This document shows positions 15,542 through 23,487 of a DNA stretch of 39,582 nt, piece by piece. The notes below the pieces were generated by a model. That model made no database searches, was not told the origin of the DNA, and saw only the letters and a list, made by a program, of their open reading frames with translations. The DNA comes from a virus: the IMG/VR virus record IMGVR_UViG_3300045988_038540; one strand, 5' to 3'. A program made the position numbers and the translations under genes. The number at the start of each line of letters is the position of its first letter. Positions within the stretch are counted from its first letter, which is position 1.

Positions 15542-16116
15542 CAGGTGCTTTCCTCCGGACCTGCAGAGTAAAATTCCATGGGCATGGTGTCCTGTGCGTC
15601 CATGGACACATGGCCGGTCAGCTCCACAGAGACCTGGCCCTTGCCATTTTTGGTGGTCTGGAGCGAAAATCCGCCGGTAGACAGAGCATTTTTCAGGCAC
15701 ACAGCCACCATACCGCCGTCTGCCCGATCACCAACCCACCAGATGTCCTGGAAGTCGGTCTGCAACAGGTCCCGTCGAGGCGTGACTTTCGTGGTATCGG
15801 GAGAGCCGATGTCCGCCGCTCCAAGAGCCAGCTTGATTGCCTCCGGCGACGTGCCAAGAGCCGTAAAGCTCATGGTACATTCCCAGGAGTCCAGGTGCTT
15901 CAGCTCCATCATATTGACGGGGCAGTTGTCCACGTCCTCGCCCATGTCGGAGTAGGTAGGAACGCAGGAAACCTGGATGCCGCCAGTAGTGGCGCACACA
16001 ATATCCGTATCTTCCGGAGCGTCCGGTGTTGACGGATCAAAACTTGTAAGAATAACGCCCGCGTCCATTTGCAGCTCCTCAAATGTGTTCTGCGGGATTT
16101 TTGTAAATTTACCCAT
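15541..16116 (-). CDS. Major tail protein
   Basis: 191 aa; position; MGKFTKIPQNTFEELQMDAGVIL... resembles TP901-1/phi13-type major tail proteins. Confidence 0.75.
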   Translation of the reverse strand: MGKFTKIPQNTFEELQMDAGVILTSFDPSTPDAPEDTDIVCATTGGIQVSCVPTYSDMGEDVDNCPVNMMELKHLDSWECTMSFTALGTSPEAIKLALGAADIGSPDTTKVTPRRDLLQTDFQDIWWVGDRADGGMVAVCLKNALSTGGFSLQTTKNGKGQVSVELTGHVSMDAQDTMPMEFYSAGPEEST

Positions 16117-16127
16117 TGTGTCTCCTT

Positions 16128-16499
16128 TCAGCTGAATGTCAGGTATTCAGCGGTAATGTTGATGAACCGGCGCTTGATGGCCGGGTCTTCTTCGTAAACA
16201 ACGCTTTGGCAAAACGGCGATCCCCGTTTCAGCCAGATGTATCCTTCGTCGCAGGGGATCGTCACGCCGCCGTATCCAATGCGCTTAGACAGGTTTTGTG
16301 CCGCTTCGTCTGGTACGGCCTCGCTCTCCGTCCGAAAGAATAGGTTGACTGTCAGGCCGACTTCTCCGGCGTCAAATGCGGACTCGATATACTCGTATGT
16401 CCCATATGGCATGATTACGTCATTCGGAACAGAGGACGCACGGTAAAACGGGATTGCTCCCTCGTTGAACCAGGAATAGAGCGCTTTGTTCTTGGTCAT
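16128..16499 (-). CDS. Tail terminator / tail completion protein
   Basis: ATGA-coupled start at 16499; call is by position in the neck module. Confidence 0.45.
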   Translation of the reverse strand: MTKNKALYSWFNEGAIPFYRASSVPNDVIMPYGTYEYIESAFDAGEVGLTVNLFFRTESEAVPDEAAQNLSKRIGYGGVTIPCDEGYIWLKRGSPFCQSVVYEEDPAIKRRFINITAEYLTFS

Positions 16500-16822
16500 A
16501 AAGCGCCCGCCTCCTGCCATGCTTTAATCAACTTTGGCCCTTGCTTGGCAACCCAATCCACCATTTCTTCGTTTTGTGCCCAATCGCTGTTTTCGGCCAA
16601 TCCGCTTTCAAACAAAAACGCATGTACAATTTCGTGTCGAAGGTTTTTCTGCTCCTGCAACTCCAGTTTTCCTTTGCCGCCTGCTAGACCTCTTTTGTAA
16701 TTCTCAACAATGATTTCCCTCGTGGTTTCATCACAAAATCCGTCACAGTTTTCAAGGCGAGGCTCTGATTGTTCCGTTGCGAGGGTGACAGTATACTCTG
16801 TTCCTAAAATGTTGATATTCAT
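16496..16822 (-). CDS. Small HExxH (zinc metallopeptidase-like) protein, 108 aa
   Basis: ATGA-coupled start at 16822; LRHEIVHAFLFESGL motif. Confidence 0.55.
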   Translation of the reverse strand: MNINILGTEYTVTLATEQSEPRLENCDGFCDETTREIIVENYKRGLAGGKGKLELQEQKNLRHEIVHAFLFESGLAENSDWAQNEEMVDWVAKQGPKLIKAWQEAGAL

Positions 16823-17169
16823 GTGGTCAGGCTCCATTTCTCCGCCGTGAAGTATTTTAGAGGCAGCGTGGAGGATTTAGGAGCAGGCTTTTCCTCCGGG
16901 TTGGAGGTCACACGGTAGGTCTGGCCGGTCTCCGTGTCCTTGAATACGTCGTTGTACTCGATGGGGAAATCCTTGTCCACCAGCGCGGAATAAAGGCTTG
17001 TGACACCCTGCTTTTCCGCGATTCTGGCCTCCATGGAGGTGTCAAGCGCCTGGTAGTTGGTGAACTCCGCCCCTTCTTCCCATTGCACCATGTAGCCGCC
17101 TGCTCCATCTGGCACACGCTTTTTCTCCATCAGCACGCAGGTGCGTGCAAAATCATCCAGCAAAGACAC
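16819..17169 (-). CDS. Head closure / head-tail adaptor protein
   Basis: Position and size; DGAGGYMVQWEEG pattern typical of head-tail adaptors. Confidence 0.5.
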   Translation of the reverse strand: MSLLDDFARTCVLMEKKRVPDGAGGYMVQWEEGAEFTNYQALDTSMEARIAEKQGVTSLYSALVDKDFPIEYNDVFKDTETGQTYRVTSNPEEKPAPKSSTLPLKYFTAEKWSLTT

Positions 17170-17173
17170 GTTC

Positions 17174-17653
17174 TCACCTCCACGGGTTGTCTTTGTGCGG
17201 TTCCGGCGGAGTCATATGCGGGTTCGGGTTCGCATATTGCCAGCTCCCCGCTGGTTTCTTCCAGGGGGCAAGCTGGGCGGCGAACACGTCCCGCCAGCCC
17301 ACCGCAAGCCCTTTGGAGTTGGTAGCCTTGGAATAGCTGTACCCGCCGAAACTCTCCGACGTATACGGCCCGCCGTCCCCGTTTTTGGCCGTCCAGGCAG
17401 TGATCTCTTCCACAGTGGACAGCAGCGCCTTGGGGATTGCCAGCGTCCATACAGAACCGTCAAACGTCTCGTCTGTCAACTCGGCCGGATATTGGTACAC
17501 CCCGTCATTAAACAGGCTCCCCACAATGCGGAAATACTGCCCATTTACGAGAAAGGGCAGCGTGAGCTTCCCGTCCTCGATGGTGTATGTATCGTCATAC
17601 CGGCCCACGACGAACCAGTTATTCAGATACATCAAAACGGTCTCAAGCATCAC
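17174..17653 (-). CDS. Head-tail connector module protein (family not recognised)
   Basis: Clean ORF between the capsid-side and neck genes. Confidence 0.5.
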   Translation of the reverse strand: MMLETVLMYLNNWFVVGRYDDTYTIEDGKLTLPFLVNGQYFRIVGSLFNDGVYQYPAELTDETFDGSVWTLAIPKALLSTVEEITAWTAKNGDGGPYTSESFGGYSYSKATNSKGLAVGWRDVFAAQLAPWKKPAGSWQYANPNPHMTPPEPHKDNPWR

Positions 17654-17665
17654 GCCGCCCTCCTA

Positions 17666-18019
17666 TCACTTTTTCGATCTGGTTTTTGCTTTTGCCTGCG
17701 GCTCAAATGTCGCGCCAGTGAACGTAAATTTCACAACGCTGGCATCGTCCACAAGCACCTCAAAGGTGTCATCCTTTGTCACCCGGAATACAATGTCTGG
17801 GTCAAAGGCAATCTTGTCCTTTGTGGTCTCTCCGTTTTTCTTGAAGGTCATATTGGTCCCGGTTTTGGTCAGGTGGAAGGGGAAGTAATAGCCGCTATCT
17901 TCACCTGGCAAACTGCTGAACTCGGAATACCCAGTCACATAGTGAAATGTACCAGTTACAGAACCATCGGCTTTTACTGTCAGATCATCACCGACCAATT
18001 CAGAGACCTGTTTCCCCAA
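17666..18019 (-). CDS. Hypothetical beta-rich protein after the capsid gene (possible decoration protein); start uncertain
   Basis: TTG start without an SD, directly downstream of a strong hairpin. Confidence 0.4.
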   Translation of the reverse strand: MGKQVSELVGDDLTVKADGSVTGTFHYVTGYSEFSSLPGEDSGYYFPFHLTKTGTNMTFKKNGETTKDKIAFDPDIVFRVTKDDTFEVLVDDASVVKFTFTGATFEPQAKAKTRSKK

Positions 18020-18021
18020 TA

Positions 18022-18061
18022 GGGTCTGACTGCTGGGGAAGAGCGTTAAAGTGTCAGACCC
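18022..18061 (-). promoter_or_regulatory. Stem-loop immediately 3' of the major capsid gene
   Basis: GGGTCTGAC (18022..18030) pairs with GTCAGACCC (18053..18061); 9-bp stem. Confidence 0.6.
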
Positions 18062-18063
18062 GA

Positions 18064-18993
18064 TTAACCCCCCGCCGATACGGTAATCTTGGCAATGCCA
18101 TCCAGATACTCAGCCCACAGTTTCATGCCCATGATGGCGTAGCTCTCTCCCACAGCGGTGGAGTAGTTGCCCTGGGCGTGGAACCCGATCAGGTTGGTCT
18201 CACCCTGAGTGGTGTAGTTCAGGCCCAGCCGGGCAAACTCGCTGTCGCCTGGATCGATGTAGTACAGGTCGATATTCTCCACAGGAGTTGCCAGCACCGT
18301 ATTCCGGGCAATGCCGGAGTTTCCGGAAATGGTGGCCGGGAGCAGGAACAGGGTAGAGTAGCCCATAAAATTCTGGATGTAATTGATACCAAACTGCGTC
18401 TGTACGGTGATGTCAGCAGTGCCCAGGTAGTCGTAAGCATCAAGAATATTGGCAAAGCCAACGACCTGAGTCACGTCCTTTGCCATACCTGCGAACTTGT
18501 CCAGAACCTTGCCCTGAGCCTGGGCCAGAGCGGCCTGCCAGGTGGTGGCGGTGCCGGTCAGAGAACCGGTGTTCAGGAAGGTGTAGAAGTCACCCAGCAC
18601 CACGTTCTGGAGCTTAGTCAGGAACGCATCGTCGGACTTCTCCACGGCGATCTCCGCGCCGTACTTGTCCACGTCCTCAATAGGAACAGCTTTGGCGTAC
18701 TTCTGAATGGTGATGTCATCCTTCTTGGCCTGTACGATGGTGGTCTTGGAATAGGGGATCACCTCACCGGGGCCCACTTCGCCATCCTCTAGATCCACGC
18801 TTGCGGTGTAAGAGATCAGCTGAGTGCCGGGCGTCTTGCGGATAGGCCGCATAATGCCCAAGATGTTCCGCAGGGCCTCCCAGTTGTCATTGAACCGGGT
18901 AACAAAGTCCACCTCGCGGGCGGTCACGGTGGTATATACATTGGGGAGCGAATCGCGAGGGGTAGTAAAGCTCTCAACATTGGTAGCTGCCAT
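18064..18993 (-). CDS. Major capsid protein (HK97 fold, SPP1 gp13-like)
   Basis: 309 aa; follows the scaffold gene; sequence style typical of Firmicutes siphovirus capsid proteins. Confidence 0.85.
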   Translation of the reverse strand: MAATNVESFTTPRDSLPNVYTTVTAREVDFVTRFNDNWEALRNILGIMRPIRKTPGTQLISYTASVDLEDGEVGPGEVIPYSKTTIVQAKKDDITIQKYAKAVPIEDVDKYGAEIAVEKSDDAFLTKLQNVVLGDFYTFLNTGSLTGTATTWQAALAQAQGKVLDKFAGMAKDVTQVVGFANILDAYDYLGTADITVQTQFGINYIQNFMGYSTLFLLPATISGNSGIARNTVLATPVENIDLYYIDPGDSEFARLGLNYTTQGETNLIGFHAQGNYSTAVGESYAIMGMKLWAEYLDGIAKITVSAGG

Positions 18994-19008
18994 TCAATAT
19001 CATTCCTT

Positions 19009-19623
19009 TCAAGTAATCTGGTTTTCCACGAGCGCCTTTTGACGCTCTGCGGCGGACAAAACATACCGGCCATGTTCATCCTTTTTGTAGATGTCGGCCT
19101 TTGTCATTGCACCGCTGTTGTTGTTTGCCGGGGGATTGGAGGTCTGTGCGCCTCTGGTCTGCGTAGTGGTGATAAAGTCCGCCCACTCGCTCTTGATACT
19201 TTCCGTGAGCTTGTCAGCGCCCTTGATGGTCCCCTTTTCGTCCAGCTCCACGCTGTCCACATCGGAGACCTTCAGGACGGATTCCAGGCGCTTCTCACTT
19301 ACCCCGGCTTCTTGCAGGAGCGCCCGATAAGCCTTTTCCTTGGCCGCGTGGCTCTCCTTCTTGGTCTGCTCGGTCTTGTAGCCCTCAAATTCCTCTTTCA
19401 GGGCTTCATACTTGACCTTGTAGCTGTCTTTCTTCCCAGCCTCCAGGTCAGCCTGCGCCTTTTCCAACTGCTTCTGTACTTCGGGCAGGGCTTCTGCGTC
19501 GGCCTTATACTTTGCAACGTCCGCTTTCAGGCCGTCCACAGTGTCTGTGTGCATGGTGATGATCTCGTCGATCTTCTCGTCCTCAATGCCCATAGCTTTG
19601 AGGGCACGTCTGGTCAGTGCCAT
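19009..19623 (-). CDS. Scaffolding protein
   Basis: ATG at 19623 after AAGGAG; highly charged Lys/Glu/Ala coiled coil; upstream of the capsid gene. Confidence 0.8.
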   Translation of the reverse strand: MALTRRALKAMGIEDEKIDEIITMHTDTVDGLKADVAKYKADAEALPEVQKQLEKAQADLEAGKKDSYKVKYEALKEEFEGYKTEQTKKESHAAKEKAYRALLQEAGVSEKRLESVLKVSDVDSVELDEKGTIKGADKLTESIKSEWADFITTTQTRGAQTSNPPANNNSGAMTKADIYKKDEHGRYVLSAAERQKALVENQIT

Positions 19624-19700
19624 AATCAGTCTCCTTTTCTTCGGCCCCAGTACTTCGGGGGCGACTGTGATATAAAAACCGCTGTACTTTGCGGGTTTTA

Positions 19701-19744
19701 CCAAATAAAAAAGGAGCCAACCTGCAAGAAACCCTTACAAGTTG
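19701..19744 (-). terminator. Possible minus-strand-specific hairpin plus U run after the RHH gene
   Basis: CAACUUGUAAG/CUUGCAGGUUG: 11 bp with two G-U pairs on the minus RNA only (C-A mismatches on plus); U6 starts 5 nt after the stem. Confidence 0.35.
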
Positions 19745-19790
19745 ACCCCAACGGTCCTTCCCGCTCACCAATTAGAGCAGGGTTCAGTGT

Positions 19791-19970
19791 TTACTTTTCT
19801 AAAAATTCATCAAGCACCCTTTTCAATATTGCATTGACGCTGGTCCCTTCTTCCTTTGCTTTTTCTCTCACCTTGTCCGCATATTCCTTTCGGACCTTAC
19901 ACCCTAAAACAGTCATGTGTTCAGCAATGTATTTGTTATTCGCTCTTTTCTGTGCCTCTGTGAGCGCCAT
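19791..19970 (-). CDS. Ribbon-helix-helix (Arc/CopG-like) DNA-binding protein, 59 aa
   Basis: Not in the track; GGAGGTG RBS; MTVLGCKVRKEYADKVREKAKEEGTSVNAILKRVLDEFL gives a beta-strand/helix/helix pattern. Confidence 0.6.
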   Translation of the reverse strand: MALTEAQKRANNKYIAEHMTVLGCKVRKEYADKVREKAKEEGTSVNAILKRVLDEFLEK

Positions 19971-19988
19971 TGTACCACCTCCAAAATC

Positions 19989-20017
19989 ATTTTACATGAT
20001 TTTATATGGTTTAACAA
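19989..20017 (-). promoter_or_regulatory. Candidate promoter TTGTTA-N17-TAAAAT for the RHH gene
   Basis: Read on the minus strand; operator repeat 1 overlaps its spacer and -35. Confidence 0.45.
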
Positions 20018-20083
20018 TGTACAATCCGCACAATATATATGGTTAAACTTTGTGAAATTTGCCGCTTGAATATATGGTTAAAC
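20003..20083. repeat. Three copies of TATATGGTT(T/A)AAC (20003, 20036, 20071); candidate RHH operators
   Basis: Read directly; spacing 33 and 35 bp; copy 3 extends to the palindrome ATGGTTaAACCAT. Confidence 0.75.
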
Positions 20084-20094
20084 CATGTTATATT
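20066..20094 (+). promoter_or_regulatory. Candidate promoter TTGAAT-N17-TATATT
   Basis: Operator copy 3 fills the spacer; about 50 nt upstream of the 20144 ATG. Confidence 0.5.
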
Positions 20095-20143
20095 ATACTC
20101 ACAAGGAACAAACAAGACAGGCCACAGGCCGGGAGGGAAAGAA

Positions 20144-20302
20144 ATGACAAACCAAGAAATCCTTGATACTTTAGCCGAAAATGAATGCAAACTCTTTTAC
20201 GCATACTGCGCAGACAGAGAAAACCTTGGATTGAAGGCGGCGCACGAAGCCGCAAAGCAAGCCTTGATTGCATTTGCAAACGCTACCGGCTGCCACAACT
20301 AA
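20144..20302 (+). CDS. Small hypothetical protein, 52 aa
   Basis: ATG follows GGGAGGGAAAGAA; opposite strand to the structural operon. Confidence 0.5.
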   Translation: MTNQEILDTLAENECKLFYAYCADRENLGLKAAHEAAKQALIAFANATGCHN

Positions 20303-20347
20303 ACCAACCACCCGCCCCGGAGGTCACGAGGGCAGAAAGGGAAAAAG

Positions 20348-20545
20348 ATGAACAACACGAGATTTAACAAGTTGTGGGATTTATTGCACAAGTCCGGGGA
20401 AGTCAAGTTCGCTGATTGCAACGAATCTCTCTCGCTATCGCTCGTCCCATCCAGATATGGGTATGAAGTTTCTCTGCGCTCTGGTGGAAGCACGGTTCTT
20501 GTGCACTATGACAAAGAAAGATTTCGTGAAATATTAGTTGACTAA
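20348..20545 (+). CDS. Small hypothetical protein, 65 aa
   Basis: ORF with a weak purine-rich RBS; followed by a terminator. Confidence 0.45.
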   Translation: MNNTRFNKLWDLLHKSGEVKFADCNESLSLSLVPSRYGYEVSLRSGGSTVLVHYDKERFREILVD

Positions 20546-20555
20546 TGCCTTTCTT

Positions 20556-20583
20556 CCGCCCCTAACCGGGGCGGTTTTCTTTT
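20556..20583 (+). terminator. Rho-independent terminator of the plus-strand cassette
   Basis: CCGCCCC/GGGGCGG stem followed by TTTTCTTTT. Confidence 0.7.
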
Positions 20584-20705
20584 GCCTGGAACTTGATTTC
20601 CCGCTTGTCCTCCAGAACAATGTACCCATCTCCTTTTTTTCGGACTACGGCGTCGTTTCCTTTGGTAATGATGGCCTTGATAATGGCCCATGCTTTTTCA
20701 TCCAT
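20562..20705 (-). CDS. Small hypothetical protein, 47 aa
   Basis: Not in the track; ATGGATGA overlap with the stop of the upstream gene; MDEKAWAIIKAIITKGNDAVVRKKGDGYIVLEDKREIKF... Confidence 0.45.
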   Translation of the reverse strand: MDEKAWAIIKAIITKGNDAVVRKKGDGYIVLEDKREIKFQAKENRPG

Positions 20706-21120
20706 TTTTCAGTTCATCCTCTATGATATTCCGGTAGGTCTGCGGGTGGTCTGCCACCGCCGGTTTCAAAAACGGGTGTGCTTGATTGCCCCTTGTCCAA
20801 TGCCAGTTGCCTTGTGCGTCCTGGTACACCCACGGTGTGGGCCGGCCGCCTCCGCCCTCCGCATAAATGCCGGTGCCTAATTCCTGGTAAACGCCGTATT
20901 CGACGTTCGTCCCGACGTAAGCGGCCATTTCATCTTCAGAAACTGCGTGTGAAATGCCGTTTCTAAGCCGCCCAGTGTCAACCGGGGCAAGGTCCTTTGC
21001 ATACCCTTCCGCCTCCATTCCGCAGCGCTCCAAGGCCCGCAGGCAAGCCGCGCGAAACGCTTCTCCCACCTGGACGGAGTTGTTTACAACGTCAATTCGC
21101 ATTTCGCTGTTATTCGCCAC
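20698..21120 (-). CDS. HK97 gp10-family phage protein
   Basis: LAPVDTGRLRNGISH motif typical of the HK97 gp10 family. Confidence 0.7.
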   Translation of the reverse strand: MANNSEMRIDVVNNSVQVGEAFRAACLRALERCGMEAEGYAKDLAPVDTGRLRNGISHAVSEDEMAAYVGTNVEYGVYQELGTGIYAEGGGGRPTPWVYQDAQGNWHWTRGNQAHPFLKPAVADHPQTYRNIIEDELKNG

Positions 21121-22129
21121 GGCTTTTCACCCACTCTTCCCATTCAGAATAGGTCATTTCATTGACAAGCACATACCGCCCATCAGGCCCTTTTACTCGC
21201 ATTTGGCGGGGCTCTGCCTCTGTTCCCTCTTTTTCCACAGTCCGCATACTGCACCGGCAGTTATACAGATCACCGGGCTTTGCGCCTTGCGGGTCTCCCG
21301 GGAACATCATTTCGCTCCCCAGGTCAGACACAAAGGGCTTGTCATAGTCAACGGTTTTCCCGTCCAGCATGGCGTGACTGTGACGGGTCCTGTTATCCTT
21401 AGTCGCTATCCACCGTTTTCTAACCTTGATCCCCATCTTAGCCGCCGCCACATAGCTGTCCATCCTCCCGGCGTTTTCCGCGCCTGTGACGGCAGTCCTT
21501 GCGGCTCTTATGGCGCTTGTCCGGTTCATATCCGATATGCGGTTCTGCAAATCGTCCGCAATCCCTTTGATACTTCTGCCCTGCAAGATGGAACTTGTCA
21601 CAGAGGCAGTGATTTGTCTCTTTCCCCATGCCAGGTCAATCCCTCGCTTTACGGCCTTTTCAGGCGGGTAATATGGCATCAGGTCGGGTTCTTCCACGAT
21701 CAAGCGCTTTACGGTCTGTTCGTCCCACAGTGTAAACCCTGCGTCACCAGCTACTTGTTCTATGGTATACGCGGCATAGTTGCGATTCAGAGAGTAAATA
21801 GACGGCGTATCATCATTCACATAGGCGATTGCGGTTTCATTGGCCTTGGTGTACCGCTCCGCAACCTTGACGGCCAAATCGTCAAATCGCTCTCCGCGCC
21901 CGATCTGGTTCAATCTCCATTGTTTGTAATCTTCTTCTGTCCAGGTTTTACCATTCTGAACGGTTCCGATCAGCTTTTTCATCTGTTCGTCCCGTTCTTG
22001 GAAGCGTTCAAAGTAGTCGATGACTGTTTTTTCAAGGTCATCCCAGGCTTCCCAGTAGACCCTCGCTATTCTCCGTTCCAGCCGTTCCAGTTCCTGATCC
22101 GTCCACTGGTGCCCCAGGTCTGTTGGCAT
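21110..22129 (-). CDS. Minor head protein (SPP1 gp7 / Mu F-like)
   Basis: GGGGGTGA RBS; WIATKDNRTRHSHAMLDG...NCRCS motif; follows the portal gene. Confidence 0.85.
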   Translation of the reverse strand: MPTDLGHQWTDQELERLERRIARVYWEAWDDLEKTVIDYFERFQERDEQMKKLIGTVQNGKTWTEEDYKQWRLNQIGRGERFDDLAVKVAERYTKANETAIAYVNDDTPSIYSLNRNYAAYTIEQVAGDAGFTLWDEQTVKRLIVEEPDLMPYYPPEKAVKRGIDLAWGKRQITASVTSSILQGRSIKGIADDLQNRISDMNRTSAIRAARTAVTGAENAGRMDSYVAAAKMGIKVRKRWIATKDNRTRHSHAMLDGKTVDYDKPFVSDLGSEMMFPGDPQGAKPGDLYNCRCSMRTVEKEGTEAEPRQMRVKGPDGRYVLVNEMTYSEWEEWVKSRGE

Positions 22130-23483
22130 TATTCGTCACCCCCAGCCTGTCCATTGCTTCGGCGTCTTTCCGCTCCAAAATGTCATCTACCTCATCGTTT
22201 GTCAGCCAAGGCAAATGGCGGAGAATGGCTTCAGAGTCCAAATAAGTAGCTGCAGTCATGACCATCTGCGTCTCTTCCAACTGGTTTGCGATCCGGTTCC
22301 ACTGGAAAGACGGCGTGTCGTCAATGTCAAGCAAAGCCAGCAGCTTCCCGATAAAGTCCCGGATGCAATACTCAAAGTCGCCGCATTTGTCATCCTGGCT
22401 CTGGTAGCCCATTCTGATAGCCGTAGCGGTCAGGTTTCCGCTCATGATCTTATCCATGTCCACAAGCTGGAAATCCTCGTACAGGTCACTCCTGAGACGT
22501 GTTAGCATGGCTTCTCGTGCCTGATATGGGACATCCAGTGTGTGTGCCTCCGCCCCGCCTCCGTCGTCGCTGTCCACCGTTGCGGCTCTCAATGTCCGCA
22601 TCCTATCGAGGAACCGGGCGATGTCTACGTCATCCATGCCGCCGGAGTTTTGCAAAACCCAGTAAATGCCGCTGGAATCGTCAATTTCGTTGGCAAGCCC
22701 AGACTTAACGAAATCGTAACAGTCAATGGACTCCCGAATTCCAACCAACTCACTTTGGCGAAGATCATTGGCATACATGGGAATGATCGGGAAACCCGGA
22801 TAGTTGTCTCCGCCCTCCACAGTCTCCCCGTCCACTTCTGACCGGCGGATCGTCTGCCGATAGGAGCGCTTGTCTTGGCTTACCTGTATGTCTTCGCCTT
22901 TACGCTGGATGTACTCTGTGTATCCGTCCAGCTCATAGAGGGTATAACGTTTCGTTTGTGTCTCTTCCAGGCTCCAATAGCGAATTCCGGCCTTTAGAAA
23001 ACCATCGTCCTGGTCGTACAGCGGTACAAATCCCGGCTCGTTTGGCGTGTCAGCGTAGCTGAAAACCTCCAGATGGTCATAGTTCCAAAACCCAAACGCC
23101 ACCTTGTCCACCATGGCTTTCTTAGCCATTTGGGACAGTCTGCTATCAAATGTCTCTCCAAGCCGCTCTTTTGTGCTGTCCTGCTCGAAAGTAACGCCGT
23201 TGGAAAGCACATATTGAACCTGCTGGATAACAAACCGCCGAAAAAACAGGGTTTTTAGCTTGTAGTTCGCAGAAAACAGATCAGGATAAGCCTGCCCGTT
23301 GGCGTTGTACAGGAATTTCTGGAATTTCTCAATAGTCAGGTTGTGCTTTGCATAGTACGCCTCCGCAGCGGCAGCGATTTTATAATCGTCGCTGGAAATA
23401 TGGTCCCGAACAGCTCCCCGCACAAATTCCATGCGCTCTTTTTCGTTTTCTCCAACTTCCAGCAGGTCTTGATATGTCCTCAA
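22038..23483 (-). CDS. Portal protein (SPP1 gp6-like)
   Basis: 481 aa between terL and the MuF-like gene; acidic; typical size. Confidence 0.8.
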   Translation of the reverse strand: MRTYQDLLEVGENEKERMEFVRGAVRDHISSDDYKIAAAAEAYYAKHNLTIEKFQKFLYNANGQAYPDLFSANYKLKTLFFRRFVIQQVQYVLSNGVTFEQDSTKERLGETFDSRLSQMAKKAMVDKVAFGFWNYDHLEVFSYADTPNEPGFVPLYDQDDGFLKAGIRYWSLEETQTKRYTLYELDGYTEYIQRKGEDIQVSQDKRSYRQTIRRSEVDGETVEGGDNYPGFPIIPMYANDLRQSELVGIRESIDCYDFVKSGLANEIDDSSGIYWVLQNSGGMDDVDIARFLDRMRTLRAATVDSDDGGGAEAHTLDVPYQAREAMLTRLRSDLYEDFQLVDMDKIMSGNLTATAIRMGYQSQDDKCGDFEYCIRDFIGKLLALLDIDDTPSFQWNRIANQLEETQMVMTAATYLDSEAILRHLPWLTNDEVDDILERKDAEAMDRLGVTNNANRPGAPVDGSGTGTAGTENSEGLLGSLG

Positions 23484-23487
23484 TGTC

